A stretch of DNA of 52,374 bases. It comes from a virus. Its lineage: Duplodnaviria > Caudoviricetes. Positions within the stretch are counted from its first letter, which is position 1. Every line of letters begins with the position of its first letter. A program made the position numbers and the translations under genes. Below the pieces are notes generated by a model that did not search any database, was not told the origin of the DNA, and saw nothing but the letters and a program-made list of their open reading frames with translations. Shown here in pieces: positions 17,603 through 26,658 of the stretch. The stretch covers positions 1 to 52,374 of the IMG/VR virus record IMGVR_UViG_3300028364_000046, one strand, 5' to 3'.

Positions 17603-18778
17603 CTAGAGTAAACTACGCAAAGAGTATGTTTCCTTGTAACCCTCAATCGAACGAACTGGCACCGTGTAGCTTGGGTGAGCGTCTGTCACAATGCCCACCT
17701 GGCTTACGTTTAGTATACCTGTGTCTACTCCGGCGTACATAACACCCTCTAGACATTCTAGAACAACTCTGAAGTGGTTATAGTAAACGGTATCACAGTT
17801 TGCAATAGGCCTATATTCACTGTCTAAAAACCCAAGAGTGCCTGTGTTTTTGCTTATTAATCCACCGTTGACTAGATGCCAAGTAGCTATACCTATCTTC
17901 TCTTTTTCAGGAAGTTTACTCATGTTCTTAATAAAGACCGATTGGGTGGAGTCAGAGCCGATAGCGGGGGTATCACTTATTTGGATGCTATTGTGGTACC
18001 CCAAGTACTTTTTGTAATACTTACGTAACTTTTTAGGTATGTTAAAGTCAAACCTATTTCCCGTCTTATTGAGCAAACTGTAGCAAGCCAGCTGTACCAC
18101 ATAGACGAGCTTATCACCTAGGCTGCCCTTGAGTGCTAGATTAAGTTCTGCATCATACCTCTTTTTAGAATTGAAAGATGGCATGGGGTCTGCGTACACA
18201 TCCTTATACACATCTTTAATTACAAACGCAAGTCTGTCATTTAGAAGCTCCGTGTCAAAGTAAGCACTCAAAGAAGGCACACTACCCTTGACAAATTCAC
18301 TTAAAGTGTACCTATTTTTTAGATAGACAAACTTGTTAGTGTGCAGGTCTAAACACTGACGAGAGGTGTTCAATAAACAATGTGAGTTTTGAGTATACTT
18401 TTTAATCTCTAGAATAACCTCTTTGTTATCAAATGCCCACTCCAAGGCTGCTAATGAAAAGCATTCTTTCTTTTTGAACAACGCCAGGTTGTCTATTACG
18501 AACGTAAGCTTACAAAGGCTTTCGGAGGTAAGCCCAAAGTACTCACGTACGCTCAAAGGCCACCACGAGTTGAAACTTTCAAGCTTAGGTATAAATACAC
18601 CCTCAGTGCGCCAGTAGTGTTCCTGAGTGTTTACCCAATGCTTAAATTCATCGTTAAACGTTGGCGAGACTATTTCAAAAAGCGGCTTGAGGTAGTCATG
18701 TCCTTTGCATCTTGGGGGTGTAAGTACTATGGCGTAATGGCGTTCAACTGGATACAACATATTCTTAGGTGGTCTCAT
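17603..18778 (-). CDS. Hypothetical protein (391 aa)
   Basis: Long ORF with a TATACT box upstream; no motif recognised. Confidence 0.75.
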   Translation of the reverse strand: MRPPKNMLYPVERHYAIVLTPPRCKGHDYLKPLFEIVSPTFNDEFKHWVNTQEHYWRTEGVFIPKLESFNSWWPLSVREYFGLTSESLCKLTFVIDNLALFKKKECFSLAALEWAFDNKEVILEIKKYTQNSHCLLNTSRQCLDLHTNKFVYLKNRYTLSEFVKGSVPSLSAYFDTELLNDRLAFVIKDVYKDVYADPMPSFNSKKRYDAELNLALKGSLGDKLVYVVQLACYSLLNKTGNRFDFNIPKKLRKYYKKYLGYHNSIQISDTPAIGSDSTQSVFIKNMSKLPEKEKIGIATWHLVNGGLISKNTGTLGFLDSEYRPIANCDTVYYNHFRVVLECLEGVMYAGVDTGILNVSQVGIVTDAHPSYTVPVRSIEGYKETYSLRSLL

Positions 18779-19055
18779 TGATTTACTTTATAAGTATAAC
18801 AAAAGCAAACAGCATGTGCAGCGGGGGACCAGGCTAAGTAAATTAAATAAGCAAATACTTAGCAGCCCCAGTTGACAAATAGTTGGCTATGTGGTACGCG
18901 CGTGCGTGTGTCATGTGCGTGCGTCATTAATTAGAGGGAAACAATTCAGGAAATATGTAAGGGGCTAGGCTACCAACAAAAGGCCATTGTCGTATATTTA
19001 ATAAAGAAGCAACAAACACACGCTTCAAACACTTAAACACAAAGAGACTTTTATT

Positions 19056-19529
19056 ATGACTACTCCACAAATCACACGTACTAAGACACGCATTGACCTT
19101 TTGGTTGACCGTATTATCGAAACGCTGGTAAGCTACCCAACACTGTCCATTAATGCTGTTGCAGTTGCTTCATCTTGGACTCAATCCAGCTTCCTGCGTG
19201 CTTGTGAATCTCGCGAAATCTCCTTGCCTGAGCGTGAAGGTCGCGCCTCAATTGAATCGCTGTTGTCTGAGTATGCAAAAGCACGTGACTTTGACTCTAT
19301 CACCTTGCTGATGGACGCAGTTGACCATATGGTGGATGCCCAGACATGCTTCGTAGAAGAGCCACCAGCCAAAGAGCCAGCACCTAAGAAAGTCTCCAAG
19401 AAAGCACAAAAAGCTCTTGACGAAGCTGCTGCCGCTGACGAAGCCACCGACGAAGAAGTTGCTCAAGACATCTGGCCTGAAGGTGAAGTAGACGAAGACA
19501 GCGACGACGACGAAGACGACCAGTTTTAA
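19056..19529 (+). CDS. Hypothetical protein with a possible N-terminal HTH and an acidic tail
   Basis: Helical N-terminus; D/E-rich C-terminus ending in F; A/C-rich leader. Confidence 0.75.
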   Translation: MTTPQITRTKTRIDLLVDRIIETLVSYPTLSINAVAVASSWTQSSFLRACESREISLPEREGRASIESLLSEYAKARDFDSITLLMDAVDHMVDAQTCFVEEPPAKEPAPKKVSKKAQKALDEAAAADEATDEEVAQDIWPEGEVDEDSDDDEDDQF

Positions 19530-19611
19530 TTCCAGTCTGTTTGTTTGATTAACTAAGTGCCTCTTGCCCCAAAAGCCTGAGGCGCTTTTCTTACCCACCT
19601 AGGCAAAATCA

Positions 19612-19857
19612 ATGGCAAGACCTAAGTACCATTACGTGTACATGACCACTTATGCAAACGGTTCAATAACTCACGGCACGCGTTCATGCAAGTGCACACC
19701 AGCCCAGGATACTAAGTATGCAGGCCCAGAAGCACTACAGGGAGGCGTCTGGTGGAAGTGCTCATACTACAAGACCATCCTAGGTGTATACCCAACTAGA
19801 CAAGAAGCGCTTGATGAAGAATACAAGCTTGTTGCAAAAGCCACTTCCGGCCGCTAA
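19612..19857 (+). CDS. Degenerate Seg-like GIY-YIG endonuclease domain
   Basis: HYVY...NG..THG.RSC...P..D..Y.G...K.IL..YPTR.EAL..E; the YIG motif reads THG and there is no DNA-binding tail. Confidence 0.6.
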   Translation: MARPKYHYVYMTTYANGSITHGTRSCKCTPAQDTKYAGPEALQGGVWWKCSYYKTILGVYPTRQEALDEEYKLVAKATSGR

Positions 19858-19883
19858 ATCCAACACCCCGGGCCCCTAAAGAC

Positions 19884-20879
19884 ATGCCATTCAAACCCAC
19901 CCTGTCCGCTAGTATTGACTCAGAAAACCAAATCATCCTACCAGCATACGCAAGCCCCAAGCTTGACGGCATTAGGGCTGTAGGTACTGCTACGGGCTTG
20001 CTGTCAAGAAGCCTTAAGCGTATTCCCAACATTGCCACCCAAGAAGCCTACAAGCTTGCATTAGAAACGCACCCACAGCTTGTTGGCTTAGACGGTGAAC
20101 TAACAATATCCTATACGCCCCACAGCCTGGCTTATTGGTTGGATGAAAAAGGGGCCAAACATGGAGGCATAGGAGGAGACTACAACAACATCCAATCTGT
20201 AATCATGAGCGCCAACAAGCAAGCGTTGAACGTTTGCTGGAACGTATTCGACGTATGGGATGAGGACCCCGCCAAGAGCTTCACGCAACGTTCCCAGCGA
20301 CTAAAAATGAAGCTCAACAACAATCTGATTTGCTTCTATCAAGACGACCTCCCAACCTCCCCGGTGTTCAACGTCTGCACCGTGCCTCAAACGCTTATCA
20401 CCAGCCTAGAACAACTCGAAGCATACGAAGCAAAACAGCTAGGCCTAGGGTATGAAGGTGTTATGCTTAGGAGTCCAACAGGACCCTATAAGTATGGCCG
20501 CAGTACCGTTCGACAATTTTACCTAGCCAAGTTGAAGCGCTTCCAAGACTCTGAGGCAAAAATTGTAGACTTTGTAGAGCAAGAATCCAACCTGAATGAA
20601 GCAACCATAGGTGAGCTAGGACAAACTAAGAGGAGTGCCCACAAAGCCAACAAAGTAGGCAAAAACACTTTAGGCGTACTTATAGCAGAGCACCCAACGT
20701 TTGGACAAATACGTGTTGGCACCGGTCAAGGACTCACAGCACACTTACGCAAAGAAATCTGGGACAACCAACCTAAGTATGAAGGTCAAATAATCAAATT
20801 CAAGTACCAGGCCATAGGTACACAAGACAAGCCACGACTACCAATCTTCGTTGGCTTCCGGTCACCTGAGGATATCTAG
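19884..20879 (+). CDS. lig: ATP-dependent DNA ligase
   Basis: KLDGIR adenylation motif, LDGEL, VFD, GYEGVMLR, KLKRF and OB-fold motif PRLPIFVGFR. Confidence 0.95.
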   Translation: MPFKPTLSASIDSENQIILPAYASPKLDGIRAVGTATGLLSRSLKRIPNIATQEAYKLALETHPQLVGLDGELTISYTPHSLAYWLDEKGAKHGGIGGDYNNIQSVIMSANKQALNVCWNVFDVWDEDPAKSFTQRSQRLKMKLNNNLICFYQDDLPTSPVFNVCTVPQTLITSLEQLEAYEAKQLGLGYEGVMLRSPTGPYKYGRSTVRQFYLAKLKRFQDSEAKIVDFVEQESNLNEATIGELGQTKRSAHKANKVGKNTLGVLIAEHPTFGQIRVGTGQGLTAHLRKEIWDNQPKYEGQIIKFKYQAIGTQDKPRLPIFVGFRSPEDI

Positions 20880-21025
20880 CCCAGCCTCCGCAATCCAAGC
20901 ATTCTCAAAGCAGCCCAGCCCACGCAACCCACGCATTCTCAAAGCAGCCCAGCCCAGCCTCCGCAATCCAAGCATTCTCAAAGCAGCCCAGCCCAGCCTC
21001 CGCAATCCAAGCATTCTCAAAGCAG
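20880..21025 (+). repeat. Tandem repeat, ~4 copies of a 34-39 bp unit
   Basis: cccagcctccgcaatccaagcattctcaaagcag repeated with no spacers. Confidence 0.9.
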
Positions 21026-21088
21026 CTAAGGCTACTAACAGAATGCTTTAATGACATACTTAATTAAGACACTTACAGGTTACCCAAA

Positions 21089-21433
21089 ATGTTTGGACTA
21101 TTTCTCAAGACTCTCCCCGCTACGCTTGCAAGCTTACTGGGCACCCAGTCTATTGCACTTAATGAGGCACTTGAAGTTCTCAATCTTCCTTCACTGTACC
21201 CTAGCAGTGAGTATGCGCGACATTACAGTATGCGAGCGACTCCGCAATTTAAGTTCACTTGGAGAGGCCTGAAGCTTAACCGTATTTACCTAAGGTTCCA
21301 AGTAAACGAAAAAGAGGACCCCACGCTATTTGGGTACATCCTGGGACACGTGAAAGGTGCCAAACAAAGCATGCACGTAAACAACGCAGGCATCAAGCAG
21401 ATTGACTTGCGTGTGCCAGATATCCAACTGTAG
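21089..21433 (+). CDS. Family A paralogue located outside the early array
   Basis: LNEALEVLNLP...YSMRATP...LRFQVNEKED..LF...VKGA...LRVPDIQL. Confidence 0.85.
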   Translation: MFGLFLKTLPATLASLLGTQSIALNEALEVLNLPSLYPSSEYARHYSMRATPQFKFTWRGLKLNRIYLRFQVNEKEDPTLFGYILGHVKGAKQSMHVNNAGIKQIDLRVPDIQL

Positions 21434-21440
21434 GAGTTTA

Positions 21441-21522
21441 CAGCGTCCATTGGGGCATCCAAACCAGCAGACCGACTGGTAAGCCACACGACCGACCAAC
21501 AAGCCTCAATGGACACCCCAGG
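21441..21522. repeat. Dispersed inverted-repeat element (degenerate)
   Basis: gtccattggggc...N36...aacaagcctcaatggac. Confidence 0.65.
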
Positions 21523-21558
21523 CACCTCTAACGGCATACCCTTAAACCCAAGACCAGC

Positions 21559-21780
21559 ATGAAAATTCTCAAAATTCTCTCGTTTGTTCTAATTATTACC
21601 CTTTACTCCTCCTTCCAGCCCGCTTACGGTAATCAGTATTGGGTAATGGAATACACACTAGGAGGCAAGTCCGTATCCCTCAGGTTTGACGACCCAACCA
21701 CTTGCAAAACAACAGCAGACTTATTGAACACCAGCAACCGGATTAAAGTTACCAACACATGCTCCAGCATCTGGACCTAG
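21559..21780 (+). CDS. Small secreted protein
   Basis: Signal-peptide-like N-terminus ending PAYG; two Cys. Confidence 0.6.
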   Translation: MKILKILSFVLIITLYSSFQPAYGNQYWVMEYTLGGKSVSLRFDDPTTCKTTADLLNTSNRIKVTNTCSSIWT

Positions 21781-21786
21781 GCCTAA

Positions 21787-22317
21787 GTGATGAAAAGACC
21801 CTCTATAAACCAGTATCTCATGACTATGGCATTTCAGGTGGCAACAAGGGCTACGTGTGAAGAAGCCCAAGTAGGCTCCGTGCTAGTGTCCAAAGATAAC
21901 CACATCCTAGCCACGGGTTATAACGGCTCACCGGCTGGTCAGTCCGAGTGCCTAGGTAAGGCCTCCTGCAAACTGCTAAGAGACCGCGGCAAAAGTGGAG
22001 TGTACCAACTATGCCCGACCATACACGCAGAAGCCAATGCCATTTCGCAATACAGGGCAGCCTACGGCAAGCCACATGCGCCCAAAGGCTCCCGGATATA
22101 CGTAACTACGGCACCATGCTTATCGTGCCTTCAGCAGCTCCTGGCAGCTGGCGTAAATCATGTGGTTTACGGCTCTTCAAACAGCTGGCTGAGTGTAGCC
22201 CAAGATTACACAAAGTATATGCCTGATGTATACTTAGAAAAGTACTACTTGAGGGCAAACTCAAGTGCTCCTTTGCTTCTCCACTGTAAAGACCCACACA
22301 CCCACGGATGCCAATAA
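21787..22317 (+). CDS. dCMP deaminase family
   Basis: RATC..AQVG, ATGYNG, HAEANA and PCxxC zinc motifs. Confidence 0.93.
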   Translation: MMKRPSINQYLMTMAFQVATRATCEEAQVGSVLVSKDNHILATGYNGSPAGQSECLGKASCKLLRDRGKSGVYQLCPTIHAEANAISQYRAAYGKPHAPKGSRIYVTTAPCLSCLQQLLAAGVNHVVYGSSNSWLSVAQDYTKYMPDVYLEKYYLRANSSAPLLLHCKDPHTHGCQ

Positions 22318-23234
22318 TGAACCCAAATAACACTTACGAAGTCACTTCTCAAAACTTTGACGCAACATATAAAGACATTTTCAAGTACATTATGAAGTAT
22401 GGCGTGGCACACAAAGGCACAACAGCCGTTTTCAATGTGTCCTGGTCATTTCAAGGTTGGATGACACCTGTATTAGGATTACGCAAAGTGTACCTAGGCA
22501 CTCTAGTTAAAGAGCTCAACTGGATTCTTAGGGGTGAATACAACGTCCAAGCGCTTGGCAAGCAAGCTCACATCTGGGCTCCGTGGGCAGACAAGAACGG
22601 CAACCTCCAGTCTAGCTATGGCCGTTACCTGAGAAGCTTTCCAACCAACTTTACACCTAGCCCAGGAGAAGCTTGCCAAGACACCCTAGACAAGTCTCCA
22701 AGGGGCCTAGGTGGCATTGATCAGATGCAAAAGCTCTTAGAAGGACTGCTAGAAGAAACGCCTAGCCGCAGACTTCAAGCATCCCTCATGCACCCTGAAT
22801 CGCACTACTCTTCTAACCTACCACCATGCATGTCTGGCCTGGGTCTAAACTGGTTTGCCACCGAGAGAGATGGACGCAAGCTTATTGCAAACATCAAGTT
22901 CCGTTCCTCAGACTTTGGCATTGGATTCGTATTCGACATTTTGCAGTGGTACCTAGTTGTTCAAATGCTCATCCAGGAAGCCAACAAAAGTCTACCATTC
23001 AGCGAGCAATACAGCCTTGCCTCGTATACCTTTTCAGCCGACTGCATGCATGTCTATGACCAGCACCTATACAGCCTACGTGAGATGGTCACAAGGCTCA
23101 ATACACCTGCTATAGAGTGGCACGGATATTACCTAACGCTGCCTGAAAACTCTCTGGATATGACTGAGGACATTCAACTAAATATTCCTCATTACCACCC
23201 ATATGACTCAATCAAGCTTCCTCTAATCGTCTAG
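22308..23234 (+). CDS. Thymidylate-synthase-fold enzyme predicted to act on dCMP (putative dCMP methylase)
   Basis: ELNW, IWAPWA, SRR, PPC and HVY motifs of ThyA. RSSDFGIGFVFD puts Asp at the Asn177 specificity position, and PPCM replaces PPCH. Confidence 0.85.
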   Translation: MPIMNPNNTYEVTSQNFDATYKDIFKYIMKYGVAHKGTTAVFNVSWSFQGWMTPVLGLRKVYLGTLVKELNWILRGEYNVQALGKQAHIWAPWADKNGNLQSSYGRYLRSFPTNFTPSPGEACQDTLDKSPRGLGGIDQMQKLLEGLLEETPSRRLQASLMHPESHYSSNLPPCMSGLGLNWFATERDGRKLIANIKFRSSDFGIGFVFDILQWYLVVQMLIQEANKSLPFSEQYSLASYTFSADCMHVYDQHLYSLREMVTRLNTPAIEWHGYYLTLPENSLDMTEDIQLNIPHYHPYDSIKLPLIV

Positions 23235-23299
23235 CCCACTTATGGCTTACTTACGAGTAAGCCTTTAAGTATAATTAAAATACACTTACGGACAACTAA

Positions 23300-23812
23300 A
23301 TGCTTGGAATTCTTGCAACTGATGAGCGATACGGACTAGCACAAAAGGGTAAACTCCCATGGGAGTGCCCCGCGGACATGACGTTCTTTAAGACCATGAC
23401 CACAAACAGAATACTATGGGTATCTAAGAGCACATTCAACAGCTTACCTAACAGCGTCAAGAAAGACCCCAAGCGTGGCTTCAAAATCCTGACCAGCAAC
23501 CCTCAAAACGCCCATGAATACACCTTTGACCAATTCAACCCACGCCTGCTGAGTAACGACCACATCCTCATAGGTGGAACAAAGGCATACAACAAATTGC
23601 TGAGAACTTGCGCCTGTGTATTTCACACCACCATCAAAGGCACTTATGGGTGCGACACTTTCCTTATAGAAGATGCCACATTCGGCTGGTTTCCTCACTG
23701 CCTGAGGCTCATAGAGGCACCTACGTTTTCTATCGATGTATATTACAAGTTTCCCAGCTGCCTCCCACCAGACGCGCTCAGGAAAGCAGCTGACATCTCT
23801 TGGGAAGACTAG
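23300..23812 (+). CDS. folA: Dihydrofolate reductase
   Basis: GKLPW.CPADMTFFK..T, STFNSLP, LIGG and CDTF motifs. Confidence 0.9.
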   Translation: MLGILATDERYGLAQKGKLPWECPADMTFFKTMTTNRILWVSKSTFNSLPNSVKKDPKRGFKILTSNPQNAHEYTFDQFNPRLLSNDHILIGGTKAYNKLLRTCACVFHTTIKGTYGCDTFLIEDATFGWFPHCLRLIEAPTFSIDVYYKFPSCLPPDALRKAADISWED

Positions 23813-23867
23813 GTTACCTAGAACCCTTTCACGACTCATACTAATACAGTAACCCACCAGTAAAACA

Positions 23868-25610
23868 ATGAACGACTTTCAAGAGTACCTAGACAATCCC
23901 AAAATTGCCATCGTTGGTCGCTTACTAAACTACTTGAACAATCCCAACATGAAGACACTGCCGGCGTCTTGCACAATCCTTGTACCAACATTTCAAGACT
24001 CAGGCATCCGTGAGCTTATCCACTTTGTATCCAAAGCACTTAGGTGTGGCGCCGGTGTAAACGTACACCTAGACAACTTTATCCCAGCCCTGAACTACTT
24101 GGAAATGGGTGAGTGTGCCATAAGCTTGCACCCAGACCACCCCGAATACACCCCAGACATGCTCCAAGCAACTCCCTGGTCTTTCCCAGTGTCTGATAGC
24201 ATGGAAGAAGACTGCCAAGTGTGGCCTGCGCACTCAGATATTGCCCGCAAAGCAAACCTGTCAATTGAGCAAGCAATCTACCACGCTTGGTCTGCTGGTG
24301 AGGGTGGCTATGACTTGCAATTTGACCTAAGTGCTTTAAGACCACCAAACACACCTAACAGCGTTGGCATGGTTTCCTCTGGCGCACTTAGCTTCGGCGA
24401 ATGGATTAAGTCTGCGTATGAGTTTGGCAAAAAGTCAGACATTGAAAGCCTCCTGTATTTCCTAAGTAACTTCAACGGTGTACTCTTACGTGGAGGACAT
24501 TACAAAGGCGGTGCAATTACCACCTCTATGCCAGTGTGGAACAAGAGTGCCCTAGACTACCTGACCCTGCCTAAAGAAGCCCACCCATGGCTAAAGAAAG
24601 GCCTCACGCTTTCCTCAGACTACTTCGAATATGGCTTGGACGAGCTGATCATTGAGAAAGTTAACAACGGCTCTCTCTGGCTTGAAAAAGCTGTTCAACA
24701 AACCACCAACGGCTATGACTGGCTTACCTCCGTGGACACAGGACTAGACGAAAGACTTCGCTCTAATGTCTGCCGAGAAATCCAAATAACCTCTAAGGCT
24801 ACGTGTGACCTCTCCCACGGCAACCTAGGTCAAATTGCCTACTTCAATGAACTACCTGATATGCTGGTAAAGACCACACGGATGCTTTGCACACTTAAGT
24901 CTATGGGCATACAGGACACAGCAGGCATATACAAGAAGTCCTCTGAAGACAAGCAAATAGGTGTGGGTCTAATTGGCCTAAGTAACCTTCTGGCTCGCTT
25001 TCAAATCACTTACAGGGAGCACGTAGACTCACTCAACCGAGTAATCAAGATGGTTACCAAAGACAAGATAAACGATGCTTGTTATGGCTTTAGAATACTG
25101 TCTAAGCCTGAGTTTGAAACCGACAGTGACAGTCTTGCTTGGTGGATGATTATGGCCTACGTAGAAGCGTCCAAAGTGGCACGCTCCTATGGCATGGAAA
25201 GAGCGTTCTGTATTGCGCCCACAGCCAATTCTAGCTTCCGTTATACCGACCTAGAAGGCTACAGCACATCACCTGAAATCAGTCCACCCATCAGCCTGGA
25301 AATAGAACGACTTAGTGAGACTCTAGAAGACACCGATATATTCTTCTACCACCCAAATGCCGAGACTGCTGAACAGGTTGGCTTTCATACATACCAGGGC
25401 TTGGTTGAAGCCTACCAAGAGTTGTTCAATGTCACTGGGTTGGGCCACTCAATATCGTTCAATATCTGGGAGCCCATTGACTTCACATTCCTAGACTGGT
25501 TTGACAACAGCGAAGTGCTAACCACGTACTACCGTATAACCGTAGACCAGGGCTATTTGAACAAGTCCACCCAGTTCGGTGATGAAATCAAGTGTGATTG
25601 CGTAGGCTAG
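23868..25610 (+). CDS. nrdA: Class I ribonucleotide reductase alpha subunit (cyanophage small type)
   Basis: LPASC, NVCREI, QIGVGLIGL and IAPTA motifs; C-terminal CxC; no ATP cone. Confidence 0.88.
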   Translation: MNDFQEYLDNPKIAIVGRLLNYLNNPNMKTLPASCTILVPTFQDSGIRELIHFVSKALRCGAGVNVHLDNFIPALNYLEMGECAISLHPDHPEYTPDMLQATPWSFPVSDSMEEDCQVWPAHSDIARKANLSIEQAIYHAWSAGEGGYDLQFDLSALRPPNTPNSVGMVSSGALSFGEWIKSAYEFGKKSDIESLLYFLSNFNGVLLRGGHYKGGAITTSMPVWNKSALDYLTLPKEAHPWLKKGLTLSSDYFEYGLDELIIEKVNNGSLWLEKAVQQTTNGYDWLTSVDTGLDERLRSNVCREIQITSKATCDLSHGNLGQIAYFNELPDMLVKTTRMLCTLKSMGIQDTAGIYKKSSEDKQIGVGLIGLSNLLARFQITYREHVDSLNRVIKMVTKDKINDACYGFRILSKPEFETDSDSLAWWMIMAYVEASKVARSYGMERAFCIAPTANSSFRYTDLEGYSTSPEISPPISLEIERLSETLEDTDIFFYHPNAETAEQVGFHTYQGLVEAYQELFNVTGLGHSISFNIWEPIDFTFLDWFDNSEVLTTYYRITVDQGYLNKSTQFGDEIKCDCVG

Positions 25611-25687
25611 ACTTGAGTGCTAGGGTTGCCTCAGGTAGCCCTAGCCCTTTTGCCGTTACTTATATTCACATTAGCAATACCCCCACT

Positions 25688-26479
25688 ATGCCAAATACTT
25701 ACGAAGAATTCCGAGCGCTTACAGAAGCCCAACTGGTATTGCCTAGTCCCACCCCTGAGTCTGAGTTCTATTCATTCATTGGCCGCAAGTCAGGATGGCA
25801 ACCAGCCAAGTACACCCAAAGCACCTTCAAAGTTAGCCCCGTCAATACCCACGTAGCCGTTCAAAAAGCCCTGGCGCTGGCACTCGCACTTGAGATTCCC
25901 GTTGGTGAGTTTACCCTAGAGGCCAGCAAGCGTGAATTCACCGGTGAGCAGCGGTGGGCTCTCCTGGATAACTCCAAAGACGAACTGGTGCACTATGAGG
26001 CACTTAGCAATTGGGCCTCAGGTTTGAGCACAAGCCTGCCTCAAGAGTACCTAGATGAAGCACAAGCTATGTGCGAAGAGTTCTTGAGCAATGTAGAGCA
26101 CCCAGTACTCAAGGCAGGCTTTATTGAGCTGGGTATATTCTTCCCAGTGCTGTCCATCTTTCGCAAGTTTGGCACCACATCACTCAAGCTCTTGGCAAGT
26201 GATATCAGCCGCGACGAAGCAAGCCACGTGCTTACCAATTGGGCTGTTATCAAGGAGCAAGAAATTGCTTGGGATTTACCATCGTTGAACAAAGTTAGAC
26301 GTGAGGTAATATCCTGGCTTACGGAAGACATCAAATCTAGCAAATTTGGCGCAGACTTTTGGCTGGCCCAGAGTGATTCGTTAATCACCACACGCCAGGC
26401 AGAAGGACTGAAGTTTACCAAAGTAGCCCAGTATACAGCATTGTTCGAAGTGGATAACCGCTCGCTTGCTCAGTACTAA
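25688..26479 (+). CDS. nrdB: Ribonucleotide reductase beta subunit (ferritin-like)
   Basis: E...DExxH...E...DExxH ligands (ALEIP, DELVH, IELGIFF, DEASH); ATG 25688 preferred. Confidence 0.85.
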   Translation: MPNTYEEFRALTEAQLVLPSPTPESEFYSFIGRKSGWQPAKYTQSTFKVSPVNTHVAVQKALALALALEIPVGEFTLEASKREFTGEQRWALLDNSKDELVHYEALSNWASGLSTSLPQEYLDEAQAMCEEFLSNVEHPVLKAGFIELGIFFPVLSIFRKFGTTSLKLLASDISRDEASHVLTNWAVIKEQEIAWDLPSLNKVRREVISWLTEDIKSSKFGADFWLAQSDSLITTRQAEGLKFTKVAQYTALFEVDNRSLAQY

Positions 26480-26493
26480 ATCGAACGACACTT

Positions 26494-26532
26494 AAAGGCC
26501 AGCCTAGGTTAACTTCTGGGCTGGCCTTTTAG
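26494..26532 (+). terminator. Intrinsic terminator
   Basis: aaaggccagcctagg...tctgggctggcctttt after nrdB. Confidence 0.75.
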
Positions 26533-26658
26533 TTTGCCTTTAGCAAGCCTTTACGCATACCCTGGGCCCCTAAGTAAACCCAAGGCTTGATTACCCACTA
26601 AAGCACCATTCAAGTATAATAAAAGAGACAAACAAACACACTCAAGTAAACACTTTTT

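Noticed and set aside
19612-19857. Active homing endonuclease or intron
   Set aside because: The GIY-YIG motif is degenerate and truncated, and neighbouring genes are uninterrupted.
20880-21025. Possible CRISPR mini-array
   Set aside because: The units are contiguous tandem copies with no unique spacers, and no cas genes are present.
22308-23234. Annotation as ordinary thyA
   Set aside because: The specificity residue is Asp rather than Asn, and the His after the catalytic Cys is absent.
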